Assembly: GCA_963666975.2 (NCBI GenBank)
Contig: CAXVYR010000004.1
Coordinates: 64,001-128,000, forward strand
DNA from: Terriglobia bacterium
GTDB taxonomy: Bacteria > Acidobacteriota > Terriglobia > 2-12-FULL-54-10
Length of the DNA: 64,000 nt
Direction: 5' to 3'
In this document: piece after piece, positions 42,740 to 51,564 of the stretch
Layout of the letters: each line of letters begins with the position of its first letter
How positions within the stretch are numbered: the stretch's first letter is position 1
Position numbers and translations under genes: made by a program
The notes under the pieces: model-generated
What the model saw: the letters and a program-made list of their open reading frames with translations, nothing else
Database searches by the model: none
What the model was told of the DNA's origin: nothing

Positions 42740-42878
42740 CTGGGAGATTTTTGAAAAACTGGTGTATGGGTCCGCTTGCTAACGCGCGCGGCTCGGCAAG
42801 TACAACCCAATCAGCACGCCCATTCCGAGCCGCGACCGTGAGGGAGCGGACAAATGTCGTTTTTCAACAACCTGCTAG
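42740..42878. mobile_element. MITE with ...GTTGAAAAA TIRs containing two REP-like hairpins (empty form)
   Basis: Degenerate left end, right end TTTTTCAACAACCTG-CTAG; reverse-complement homolog of 45936-46143. Confidence 0.75.
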
Positions 42879-42913
42879 ACGGACTTTCCAGAAAAATACT
42901 ACAAATTTTTTTA

Positions 42914-43633
42914 GGGGCTGTCCTAGCTAAGGGTGATTCTGTCTCGATTTGATCCATGTCTTCAATTGGTTAAGCAGTGTCGGTGGTTACCGCCATTGAA
43001 GCGCCATTCGCACTCCTTCAGGAAGAGGTGAAAACTCTGTTTGGGCACCCCGTTGAAGCGCCGAAGATGCCGCTTTGCCTGGTTCCAGAAGTTCTCGATC
43101 CCATTGATGTGGTTCCGTTCGTCGACGAACCGTTCCGAGTGGTTGATCCGAACATGGTGGAAGTCCGACACATCCAGAGCATCGTAGCTCGAAAAGCCAT
43201 CCGTGTAGACGATGCTGTCGGGCTGGATCAGGCGCTCCATGATCGGCATCAACGTGTCCGTACGGGCATTGGGGATCATCACCGTGTAGACCCTTCCTCC
43301 ACGCTTCAAAAGCCCGAAAACCGGGACTTTCCCGCCAGCACCACGACCGCGCTTGCCCTTGCGGCGACCACCGAAGTAACTCTCGTCCACTTCGATTTCG
43401 CCGCAAACCGAAGAGGCTTTCTGGGTCTCCTCGGCAATCACCGTGCGAATCCGTGTATAGAACGAAGCGGCCGTGTTCCGATGAACCCCGACAAGCTCAG
43501 CCGCCGCCCGTGCCGTCGTCCCGGCAACGAAGTGCTCCACCAACCGATCCCGCTTCGCCTTGCTCAGCCGACTACGCCGTTCGTACATATCGCCATCCTA
43601 TCCCTAAGCAATCTGCTTAGCTAGGACAGCCCC
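42914..43633 (-). mobile_element. IS1595-family (IS1016-like) element, intact, 8-bp TSD
   Basis: TIR GGGGCTGTCCTAGCTA; TSD TTTTTTTA on both sides; transposase 42962-43588 with EVDESY, YTDG, HINGIENFW. Confidence 0.93.
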
Positions 43634-43682
43634 TTTTTTTACTGCCCTGGCGGGCAGAGTGGAATCTTAAGCCGGACGGAAG

Positions 43683-44482
43683 TTGAAACCGGAAATTTTA
43701 GAAATTGTAAAGAACGGCATTTTTCACGCCTGCAGAAATGCTTTGCCGGGAGAGGGACTGCTGGCTCATTCCAACACCCAACTGCGAAGGACCTTGGTGG
43801 ATGCCTGCCGCATCCTGGACCAGCACCGATTGGTCCATGGTTACGGTCATGTGAGCGCGCGCGCCGAGGACGGCAGCACATTTCTGATCAGCCCGCGCAA
43901 GGGACTGGCACTCGTTCGGACACCCCAAGAAGTGCTCCATCTTGACCTCGACGGCGAGCCGGTTCAGCCCAAGGGTTCCCGGCGGCAAGGCAAAGGGCGG
44001 GTAAAAAACAAAGATCAAGCGCCGCTAGAACTGTTTCTGCACGCGGAAATCTATCGTACCCGGACAGATGTGAAGGCTATTTGCCGGACGCATGGCATCT
44101 ATGCCCTGGTGCTGAGCGTGCTGCGGCGCACCGTGCTCCCCGTCCACGAGCTAGCCGTGCCCTTGGGACCGGAGGTGCCTCTGTTTGATTCCCCGGTGCT
44201 GATCTCCACCCCTGATATCGGGAAACAATTGGTCGCGGCGCTCGGCTCTGCGCGAGGCCTCTTAATGCGCGGGAACGGAGCGCTGACAGTAGGCGCCTCG
44301 GTTGAAGAAGCCGTAGTGAATGCCATTTTGCTGGAGACCTCTGCCGAGGTCCAATGGCGCGCCCTGGCCGTTGGGGAACCCGCATGGATAGTGGGGAAGG
44401 AGTATATCCGGCTTGCCCAGTTTGAGTACGGGCGGTGAACCGTCCCTGGCAATATTACCTGGCGCGCAGCCGCACCAAATAA
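43683..44482 (+). CDS. Class II aldolase/adducin family; C-terminus apparently frameshifted at about 44430
   Basis: GHVSAR, ELFLHAEIY, MRGNG; stop at 44438, but the alternative frame continues AVNRPWQYYLARSRTK*. Confidence 0.75.
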
Positions 44483-44587
44483 CATGGAAGCCGCTGAAAA
44501 AGAACCGGGGGGAATAGCGCTCCCTGGCATCTGCCGGCAGAGATTCTCCTGTAATTCCGCTACGCGGAAATCAAATTAAGGGCTGAG

Positions 44588-45013
44588 TCAAACCGCTTCG
44601 TCGCCGGCCGATTTCCTCCTCAGCAGACCGTCGAGGCTCCATCTTCCCGGCCCGGCAGTGAACAGGAACAAATAAATGAAACAATACAAAACTGCAAACT
44701 CTCCCCCGTTCTGATTCGGCCACCAGAATTCTCTGGGGAAATGAGAAGTAAAGTACGCAACGGCCATCTCCCCGGCCAGGATGAATGCAACCGGCCGCGT
44801 GAAGAGCCCCGCCACGATTAGAATGCCTCCGGCAAACTCAAACACTCCTGCAAACCAGATCAGAGTCAAGAACTCCCGCGGATTACTGCCGAGCAAACCA
44901 AACAATTTCTGCGCTCCGTGCTGCCAAAACATCACGCCGGTAGCAATGCGAAGCAGAGTCAGTGTCACGGGATAGAACTGGGGATAGAACTGGTCCAACA
45001 TTCGGGTTATCAT
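44588..45013 (-). CDS. DoxX family membrane protein
   Basis: HGAQKLFG, GLFTRPVAFILAGEMAVAYF, GPGRWSLD. Confidence 0.9.
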   Translation of the reverse strand: MITRMLDQFYPQFYPVTLTLLRIATGVMFWQHGAQKLFGLLGSNPREFLTLIWFAGVFEFAGGILIVAGLFTRPVAFILAGEMAVAYFTSHFPREFWWPNQNGGEFAVLYCFIYLFLFTAGPGRWSLDGLLRRKSAGDEAV

Positions 45014-45280
45014 TTTATTTTCTCCTTATGGGCCAAGCAAGATGCTGGGCGTGTTCCCGAGCTTCTATAGTTATTGATTCTTTGATGCTAAAAACCTCGA
45101 CAGGTTGCACCGAATATGACCTGTCTGGAACAGCGCCGGCCGCGAGGGTGGCGAATGTGTGTGTGGATAGCAATTTCCGGGCAGAAATATGTGCAGGGAA
45201 AAAGATGCGCCGGGAAGGTGCTGTGGGTACGGAAAAGTTCGGCGGAAAGCTGAAATTTATTGCCGTCCAGAGCTCCGTTT

Positions 45281-45721
45281 CTAGGAACATCCGGAAGCTA
45301 CAGCAACCCTATCCCGAATTTCCAGGGGAATCGCGTGCGACTTTGGCTGGCCGTTGACGCTCTTGCAGCAGACGACATGCACTTGCCCGCGAGCCAACTC
45401 TTCGTCTTCTCTGGTAAAGGAGATTTCAAAAGCCATACTTTTATTGCCGATTTTTTTCACAAAAATATGTATCTGCAGAAGGTCGTCGAACTGCGCGGGT
45501 TTCTTAAACTCACAGGAAACGCTGACATAGGGCCAGTCAAACTCCTCCTCCCCCGTTCCTCCCCAGTACCTCGTCAGGGGGCCAGGCAGGTCCAGGGTGC
45601 GAAAGAACTCGGCCACCGCCGTATCCATATGCTTGAAGTAATTGGAAAAATGGATGATTCCAGCCCGATCCGTCTCGTGAAATTCCACTCGTCTCTGTAA
45701 AAAGTGTTCAGAAATCGACAT
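45281..45721 (-). CDS. Acyl-CoA thioesterase (4HBT/YbgC hotdog)
   Basis: RVEFHETDRAGIIHFSNYF. Confidence 0.88.
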   Translation of the reverse strand: MSISEHFLQRRVEFHETDRAGIIHFSNYFKHMDTAVAEFFRTLDLPGPLTRYWGGTGEEEFDWPYVSVSCEFKKPAQFDDLLQIHIFVKKIGNKSMAFEISFTREDEELARGQVHVVCCKSVNGQPKSHAIPLEIRDRVAVASGCS

Positions 45722-45935
45722 GGCATTTCTCCTTTGGGGTAATGAGCTTTCGATGCCATGTGTAACTAACCGCTGGCATCATAGCTTTTCGCTTCCCCTT
45801 GTTGCGCGTCATTTTGTTGCGCGTCACTGACTGGCAGGCTGTGGCGGGAGTTTCGCAGGCATGGAAGTCGGAATCCTGCACAGTGTTCATTGCAGACCGG
45901 CATTTCTTTATCTACATGCGATTGCTATTCCACTC

Positions 45936-46143
45936 CTAACAGGTTGTTGAAAAACACCATTTGCCCGCTCCCTCACGGTCGGGCTCGGAATCGGCGTGCT
46001 GATTTGTCTGCGCTTACCGAGCCGCGCGCCTGTCCCGCCTGCCCTGCCTGCCCTGAGCGAAGTCGAAGGGAGCGGAGTCGAAGTGAGCGAAGCCGAGGGA
46101 TTAGCAAGCGGACCCATACACCAGTTTTTCAACAACCTCTTAG
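45936..46143. mobile_element. MITE carrying a triply nested 24-bp unit in its second hairpin
   Basis: CTAA-CAGGTTGTTGAAAAA ... TTTTTCAACAACCTC-TTAG; insert at 46028-46099. Confidence 0.85.
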
Positions 46144-46387
46144 ATATGCCGCCCCAGGTATCGTCGTCAATGCCATGAAGTGGATTTTTTGAGTTCCGCC
46201 CGCCAGAATTATACGCCCCACTCTTTCATTGGGAACTAATTTCCATGCCCTTGCGCGGCTCTGCCGGAAAAAGGACCCGGGTAGCTCCCGCCACTATACT
46301 TCGATTACGCCTGCGATTACGGTGAGAGCGGTTGGAGGCCGATATGGCGTTGGGAATTATTTTCAGACAAGCTCTTCATGGTTCCGC

Positions 46388-48565
46388 TCACCTCGCGAGC
46401 GGGTCGGGGCGAAGCTGGAAGTGCACGACCTTGCTCTTCGTGCCTTTTCCGCCTTCGCTGTGAAAAGGCGCGCGTGTGGCCCAGGTGGACCACAATCCCT
46501 TGCCCTTCCAGCCGGCGTTGGGATCGTCGATCCGGCCGTCCAGCCCTTTGCCGTAGAACCCCAATGGATAGGGCACGCGAAGAACTACGAACTTCCCGTC
46601 GACCAGAGGCAGCAGGGCGTCATGCTGATTGCCGGTGGCAATCGGCACGTTGACTCCCAGCCCGAAGGTGTCGAACAGATCCACCCAGGAGAAGTAGCTG
46701 GCCTCGGCGCTGCCGGAGTCGGTAACGCCCTGCATCTGCGGTCCCGGAAACGGGTAGAGCGTCCAGCCTTCCGGACAGTGCTGCCCCGTCGCAGTTGGCC
46801 CGTTGAGGGGGCCAGTGCACTTGCGCCGGTCGAAGCTGGCAAAGTGCCCGCTCGCAAGGGGAGTCCAGACGACCCCGTTGCCGTCAACGTCCATCCCGCG
46901 CGGCGAGAATCCCTGAACGGCCGCGTTTGGGTTGTCCCACGGAAGCTCGTAGATTTCCGCCAGAGCGGTCTCCGGCGGGTTCGCCCCAGGGCTCAGCCGA
47001 ACGACCGCGCCGGGAAAGCCAAGCGACGACCCCCAGACGGAATCGTCCACCGCACTCGGCATGACGCCGTAGAAACCCGCCGATATCCGCTTGTCCTTGG
47101 CGGGATCGACCGGCTGATCCGGCTCCACCCACGCGTCCTGCTTGCCGTTGCCGTTGGTGTCTAGGATGAGCGGTGTCCAACCCTGCGATTTCTCCTCATC
47201 GCCGGTTTCGTCGAACATCTTCGTATTCAGCCAGCCGACGACTTGGCCGCCGCCGCTGGTCCACAGCGTATGGTTGTCGTCATCGTCAAAAAACAAGTGG
47301 TGCGTGCTGAAACAGGTGCTGACGAGCGTGAACTCGCCGGTTTCCGGATCGTACATGGCGAGGTTGCGCCCTGTTCTGTTTGTCGGGAAATGTTTTGCCG
47401 AGGGATGGCTCGACCCTTCCTTACAAAATGCCGGGTTGTCATTCGGACGGACTTTGGAGGTGAGCCAGACCCGCCCTTTGTGATCGAACATCGGATTATG
47501 CGCATTAGCCTGGCTGTTCCAGATGAGTTCGTCTCCCCAGTAGGGCGAGGGCTGCAGCATCGTCCGCGCCGATGAAATAGGGGTTTCCGGATCGCGCACC
47601 GGAATCGTCAATTGGCTCGCCGTGTGGCTTACCGGATCCAAGACGCTCAGGGAATTCGAGCTGTGCTCATGGACCCCGTAGATGGGGCCGTTGGCGTTGA
47701 CCGTGGGGTCCCATTTATCGGTCGCTATCTCATCGTGGAAATACTCCTGCGGGGTAGCCCAGTCCCACAGGGTAACGACGACGTTTCGCTCCACGCCTTG
47801 CGGCCGGGGCGGCACCGGAGGCAACTCTCCGGCGGCGATGCGATCGGTCCAATCCGCAAACAGCTCCAGCGCCCGCTCCCGGCCCATCTGGCCCACGCGG
47901 CTTATCATGTTACCGCCGGCTTGTCCGGACTGTAAGCGCCGGTTCCACGCGTCCACCGTCGAGTCGAAATCGCCCAGACCCGGGGGGAGCTCTCGCGTGG
48001 CCTTGTTGCCCATCTGATGGCACGTCACGCAGCCGTCCGTTTTCACGTACCGCAACCACTGGGCCTGGCTCTTCATGCTCTCCGAAATGCCGTTGCCATT
48101 GGGCCCTGTGCCGGGAAAATCGCTCTTGTCCGGCACATGGAGCAGGGAGTACCAATAACTTGCCGGGTAGTATTCCGCCGCCGCGGCTGGATTCGGCGCC
48201 ACTACCGCCGTCAGGTCAACGATGTTGCCCGGCGTGGCCTGCACTTTGGGGGAATCCACCAGCCCGTAGCCGCGCACCCACACGCTGTAGCTCGCTTCCG
48301 GAAGGTCGGGCAGCAGGTAGCGTCCCCGGTCATCGGTGACTACGATCTTGACGAACTTGGTGGGCAGATCGGTCGTTTCCGCAATGACCCAGACTCCTGC
48401 TTCCGGCCCTTCCGCGCTAGTGACTACCCCGCCGAGGTCGTCGTTGTCGATGCGGACTCCACCTCCTGTCAGTTGGCATGCGCTTGTCCCGGCCAGCAAA
48501 ACGGCCAAGAACACGGCGAAGCCGGTCCACACCATGCCTAAATACGACGCCCTTGTCGTCTCCAT
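46388..48565 (-). CDS. Exported/lipoprotein with carboxypeptidase-regulatory-like domain, single CxxCH and probable beta-propeller
   Basis: AGGAGG RBS; lipobox-like TSAC; GCVTCHQ; Vgb-like repeats. Confidence 0.7.
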   Translation of the reverse strand: METTRASYLGMVWTGFAVFLAVLLAGTSACQLTGGGVRIDNDDLGGVVTSAEGPEAGVWVIAETTDLPTKFVKIVVTDDRGRYLLPDLPEASYSVWVRGYGLVDSPKVQATPGNIVDLTAVVAPNPAAAAEYYPASYWYSLLHVPDKSDFPGTGPNGNGISESMKSQAQWLRYVKTDGCVTCHQMGNKATRELPPGLGDFDSTVDAWNRRLQSGQAGGNMISRVGQMGRERALELFADWTDRIAAGELPPVPPRPQGVERNVVVTLWDWATPQEYFHDEIATDKWDPTVNANGPIYGVHEHSSNSLSVLDPVSHTASQLTIPVRDPETPISSARTMLQPSPYWGDELIWNSQANAHNPMFDHKGRVWLTSKVRPNDNPAFCKEGSSHPSAKHFPTNRTGRNLAMYDPETGEFTLVSTCFSTHHLFFDDDDNHTLWTSGGGQVVGWLNTKMFDETGDEEKSQGWTPLILDTNGNGKQDAWVEPDQPVDPAKDKRISAGFYGVMPSAVDDSVWGSSLGFPGAVVRLSPGANPPETALAEIYELPWDNPNAAVQGFSPRGMDVDGNGVVWTPLASGHFASFDRRKCTGPLNGPTATGQHCPEGWTLYPFPGPQMQGVTDSGSAEASYFSWVDLFDTFGLGVNVPIATGNQHDALLPLVDGKFVVLRVPYPLGFYGKGLDGRIDDPNAGWKGKGLWSTWATRAPFHSEGGKGTKSKVVHFQLRPDPLAR

Positions 48566-48922
48566 GTCCGCACCTCCTGTTCTCATCTTCATTTCCCCGC
48601 TCCTCCCATGGTGGCCTGCGCCTTGGATCACAAGATCATCGGATGACTGGACCATCCGTTAAACGCATCCTTGGAATGCACCCATTGGAATGCACCCATT
48701 CAATGCATTCGTGCCCGATTGATTACACATAATATTTGTACAGCTTCAATGGGGCCACCCCCCTTGGGTTAGTTCGCCTATTAGAACATATTTCCAAGAG
48801 GAACATTTCAGTTCTTTTTTCCGTCCAGGGATCCGGAAGATATTCCTTATCTTTGCACGGCGCTGAGAAGTGTTTCCCGGCTTTGAACTTGCTATTTCAT
48901 GTTCAATGTTTTATCTTTCGGC

Positions 48923-49060
48923 TTAGCAGCTTGTTGAAAAAAGGATTTTGAACGACGCTACGAGCACGTAAATCGTTGTAACCCATTGATTCTTCGTTCG
49001 ACGGCATTCCAGAAAAGTGGTTTTCGGGCAGGCGAAAATGATTTTTCAACAAGCTGTTAA
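48923..49060. mobile_element. MITE with the same TIR family, unrelated interior
   Basis: TTAG-CAGCTTGTTGAAAAA ... TTTTTCAACAAGCTG-TTAA (perfect 15-bp TIR). Confidence 0.8.
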
Positions 49061-49074
49061 GGGGGGACACTCCC

Positions 49075-49572
49075 ATGCATCTTTTGCATCTTTGGCGAAA
49101 GACATTCCTGTTGGCCTTCTGGCTTATTGTTGCCGCCCTACCGGCGCTTGCCCAGCTCGAACGAGTGGTAGCTGAATCCAGAGGAATTCTCTGAGGAGAC
49201 TGCGTGGCGATCATGCAGGTCTCCTTACAACGCCTGGACGGCGTTGACCGAGTGGTTATCAGCAGAAAAAAGCAGATGTTCGCGGTGACGTTTGAGCCGG
49301 GATCCAGCTTCCGCCCCAAAGTGCTGCGCGACGCGGCTACCGAGGCTCATATTCGGGTCGTTCGCTTCCACGTTTCGGCGCTGGGCGAGGTCGAGACGGA
49401 AGGCGAAAAGCAGATATTTGTCTCCGGCGAGAACCGATATTTGCTGGTGGACTCGCCCGAGCTCCCCACCGGCATCCGCATCGGCGTGGTAGGCGTGGTG
49501 GACGACGCCACCGATCCGTTCCAGTTGAAGGTGGCAGATTTCAAGCCGTTGAACCAAGCCGCTAAAAGATGA
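49075..49572 (+). CDS. Exported HMA (MerP/CopZ-like) domain protein with UxxC motif; candidate selenoprotein, 165 aa
   Basis: ATG 49075 after AAGGGGGG; signal peptide; RGIL-TGA(49192-49194)-GDC in frame with ORF 49204-49572; hairpin directly 3' of the TGA. Confidence 0.75.
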
Positions 49573-49584
49573 GGAGTGACGAAC

Positions 49585-49613
49585 GGACCGCAGGGAGAAT
49601 GCCTTGCGGGTCC
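49585..49613. terminator. Hairpin between convergent genes
   Basis: GGACCGCAGG-gagaatg-CCTTGCGGGTCC; no clear U tract. Confidence 0.4.
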
Positions 49614-49615
49614 TC

Positions 49616-49693
49616 TCATAAGAAGGCGGGCCACAACAAAGACAGAGTGACCACCCCGGCGGAAATAAAATCCCGCCAGGATCGCCCCGCCAT
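49616..49693 (-). CDS. Possible 25-aa hydrophobic microprotein
   Basis: GGAGGACG-ATG; MAGRSWRDFISAGVVTLSLLWPAFL*. Confidence 0.35.
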   Translation of the reverse strand: MAGRSWRDFISAGVVTLSLLWPAFL

Positions 49694-50138
49694 CGTCCTC
49701 CGATGACTTACTCTTCTTCCTTTTCTTTCGCTGTTTTCTTCGGTCGCTGTCCTTCCGGGTAGCGAACGTTCGGATTATCCTCTATTTTTTGCTAGTTAGG
49801 CAGACGGCCAAAGCCAATTACATTTGCAGCCTTGCCTAGAAGTATACGCCAAGGCTCCTACGCCAACAAGGCCTGCCCACCGATGGTTTTAACGCGGCAG
49901 CAAAAGCAGGGAAAATTTCCCTGAAATTCCTATGCCTTGACAGTGAACTTTCTTTTGCCGTCCGTTGCAACATATTGCAACCACAAAAGGTAGCTTCTCC
50001 CCGCAAACTGGAAGCTCAATTGCCCTACTCGGATTGGTGCTTTTCAGTAAATATTTTAGTTCGAGCATGTCGCGGGAATTGATCTCCGCCTGTCCTAAGC
50101 CGGAATCTTCCGGCCTGGATTTTCGACTGGAGGAACAT

Positions 50139-50975
50139 ATGAAGCAAAAAGTGAATTGGCACAAGGCTACCGTTGCCGCGCTGTTGGCGGTGGCGACCGC
50201 CGGCTTCGCGGGCGGTTGCGCCACCAAGAACTATGTCCGCAAAGAGGTCACAGGCACCGCCCAGGACCTCTCCGCGCGGATTGAGAATACCGAACACGGC
50301 ATTGAGGCGCTCTCGCATCAAACGGAAGAACTGAATTCCTTGAACAGGGAGCACGCCCGGCAAATCGAATCCTTGGACGGCAATCTGCAGCAGGTGGATG
50401 AGAGAGCAGGCTACGCCATGGCGGTGGGAGAAGGAGCGCAGCATGCCTCCGAACGAAACGCCACTCAGGTGTTGATCCTGCAAGAAAACTTTGCAAACAG
50501 GAACCAATACGGACTGCTCTCGGAAGAGTACGTGCGATTTGCATTCGACAGCGCCAGCATAGAACCGGCTCACCACCAACTGCTGGATGACGTGGCGCGG
50601 CGGATGCTGGAGCGTCCCGATGTAATCCTCGTTTTGGAAGGGCGCACCGATGCTACAGGGAACGATTCCTACAACATCCGGCTCGGCGAACGGCGGCTCG
50701 AAACGGTGATCCGCTACCTTGTGGTGAACCAAGGCGTTCCCATACACAGGCTCTACAAGATGAGTTTCGGCGAAGCGCGGCCACTGGCCTCCAACGGCTC
50801 CGGAGAGGGGCGGGCGCTGAATCGTAGCGTGGTAATTCAGATCCTGGAACCGCAGCTCGGCAATGCACAGGATGGAAACCCAGCTGTAAGCCAGGATGAA
50901 AACAAGGATGAAATTCAGGATGAAAACCGGGCTGCGTTCATCGACGAAATCCTCTCCGAGCCCCGGACGGATTAG
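50139..50975 (+). CDS. OmpA-family peptidoglycan-binding lipoprotein with coiled-coil stalk
   Basis: GGAGG RBS; AGGC lipobox; FAFDSA, GRTDATG..YN.RLGERR, ALNRSV. Confidence 0.85.
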   Translation: MKQKVNWHKATVAALLAVATAGFAGGCATKNYVRKEVTGTAQDLSARIENTEHGIEALSHQTEELNSLNREHARQIESLDGNLQQVDERAGYAMAVGEGAQHASERNATQVLILQENFANRNQYGLLSEEYVRFAFDSASIEPAHHQLLDDVARRMLERPDVILVLEGRTDATGNDSYNIRLGERRLETVIRYLVVNQGVPIHRLYKMSFGEARPLASNGSGEGRALNRSVVIQILEPQLGNAQDGNPAVSQDENKDEIQDENRAAFIDEILSEPRTD

Positions 50976-50993
50976 GGATCGCAGGCATCAGCA

Positions 50994-51500
50994 TCAATCC
51001 GGGGACTGCGCGGGGAGACGGCGCATATCGATCTGCTTGAGCCTTTCCAGTTCCTGCGTGAGAGCACGGATGCGCTCCTCCCTCGTCGTGAGATCGGACC
51101 GGAGTTGGTCAACCTCAGCCTGGAGACGCAACAGAAACTCTGCTTGGGGCGCAAACGGGCTATGAGGAAACTCGCTCACAAGCTGCCCGAACCGTTCCAT
51201 AGCTTGCGGCAGGTTCCGTACTGAGCTGCCGGGAAAAGCGTGGCTCATGGCAAGGCGAAACAGGACCCTGTCCCGGTTCTCCGCGGAGGGATTGTCGCGC
51301 AGGTAGGCATTATAAGCGTCAACTGCGCTGGCGTAGTCTCCCGTCGCGAAATACTCCTCTGCCAGCTCGAAATAGTCCGGAGGCGGCGGGACCGGCGTGC
51401 TGGTCGGCCTCTTCTGGCACGACCAAGGCAGCAAAGCCAGCACCAGAAGACTGACCGACGATACACTCCGTAAAGTCTGCCGTTCATATTTCGTCATCAC
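50994..51500 (-). CDS. TPR/BamD-like lipoprotein with C-terminal coiled coil (QseG-like)
   Basis: Lipobox PWSC; TPR helices; ELERLKQID. Confidence 0.65.
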   Translation of the reverse strand: MMTKYERQTLRSVSSVSLLVLALLPWSCQKRPTSTPVPPPPDYFELAEEYFATGDYASAVDAYNAYLRDNPSAENRDRVLFRLAMSHAFPGSSVRNLPQAMERFGQLVSEFPHSPFAPQAEFLLRLQAEVDQLRSDLTTREERIRALTQELERLKQIDMRRLPAQSPD

Positions 51501-51564
51501 GAGAAATATTATCGCCTATTGTTGAAGCACTGTCAGGTCAGCCCGGTCTCAGATCGGACTACTC

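Noticed and set aside
49800-50130. Sigma54 promoter for the nearby NtrC-type regulator
   Set aside because: Candidate TGGC sites lack a correctly spaced TTGC
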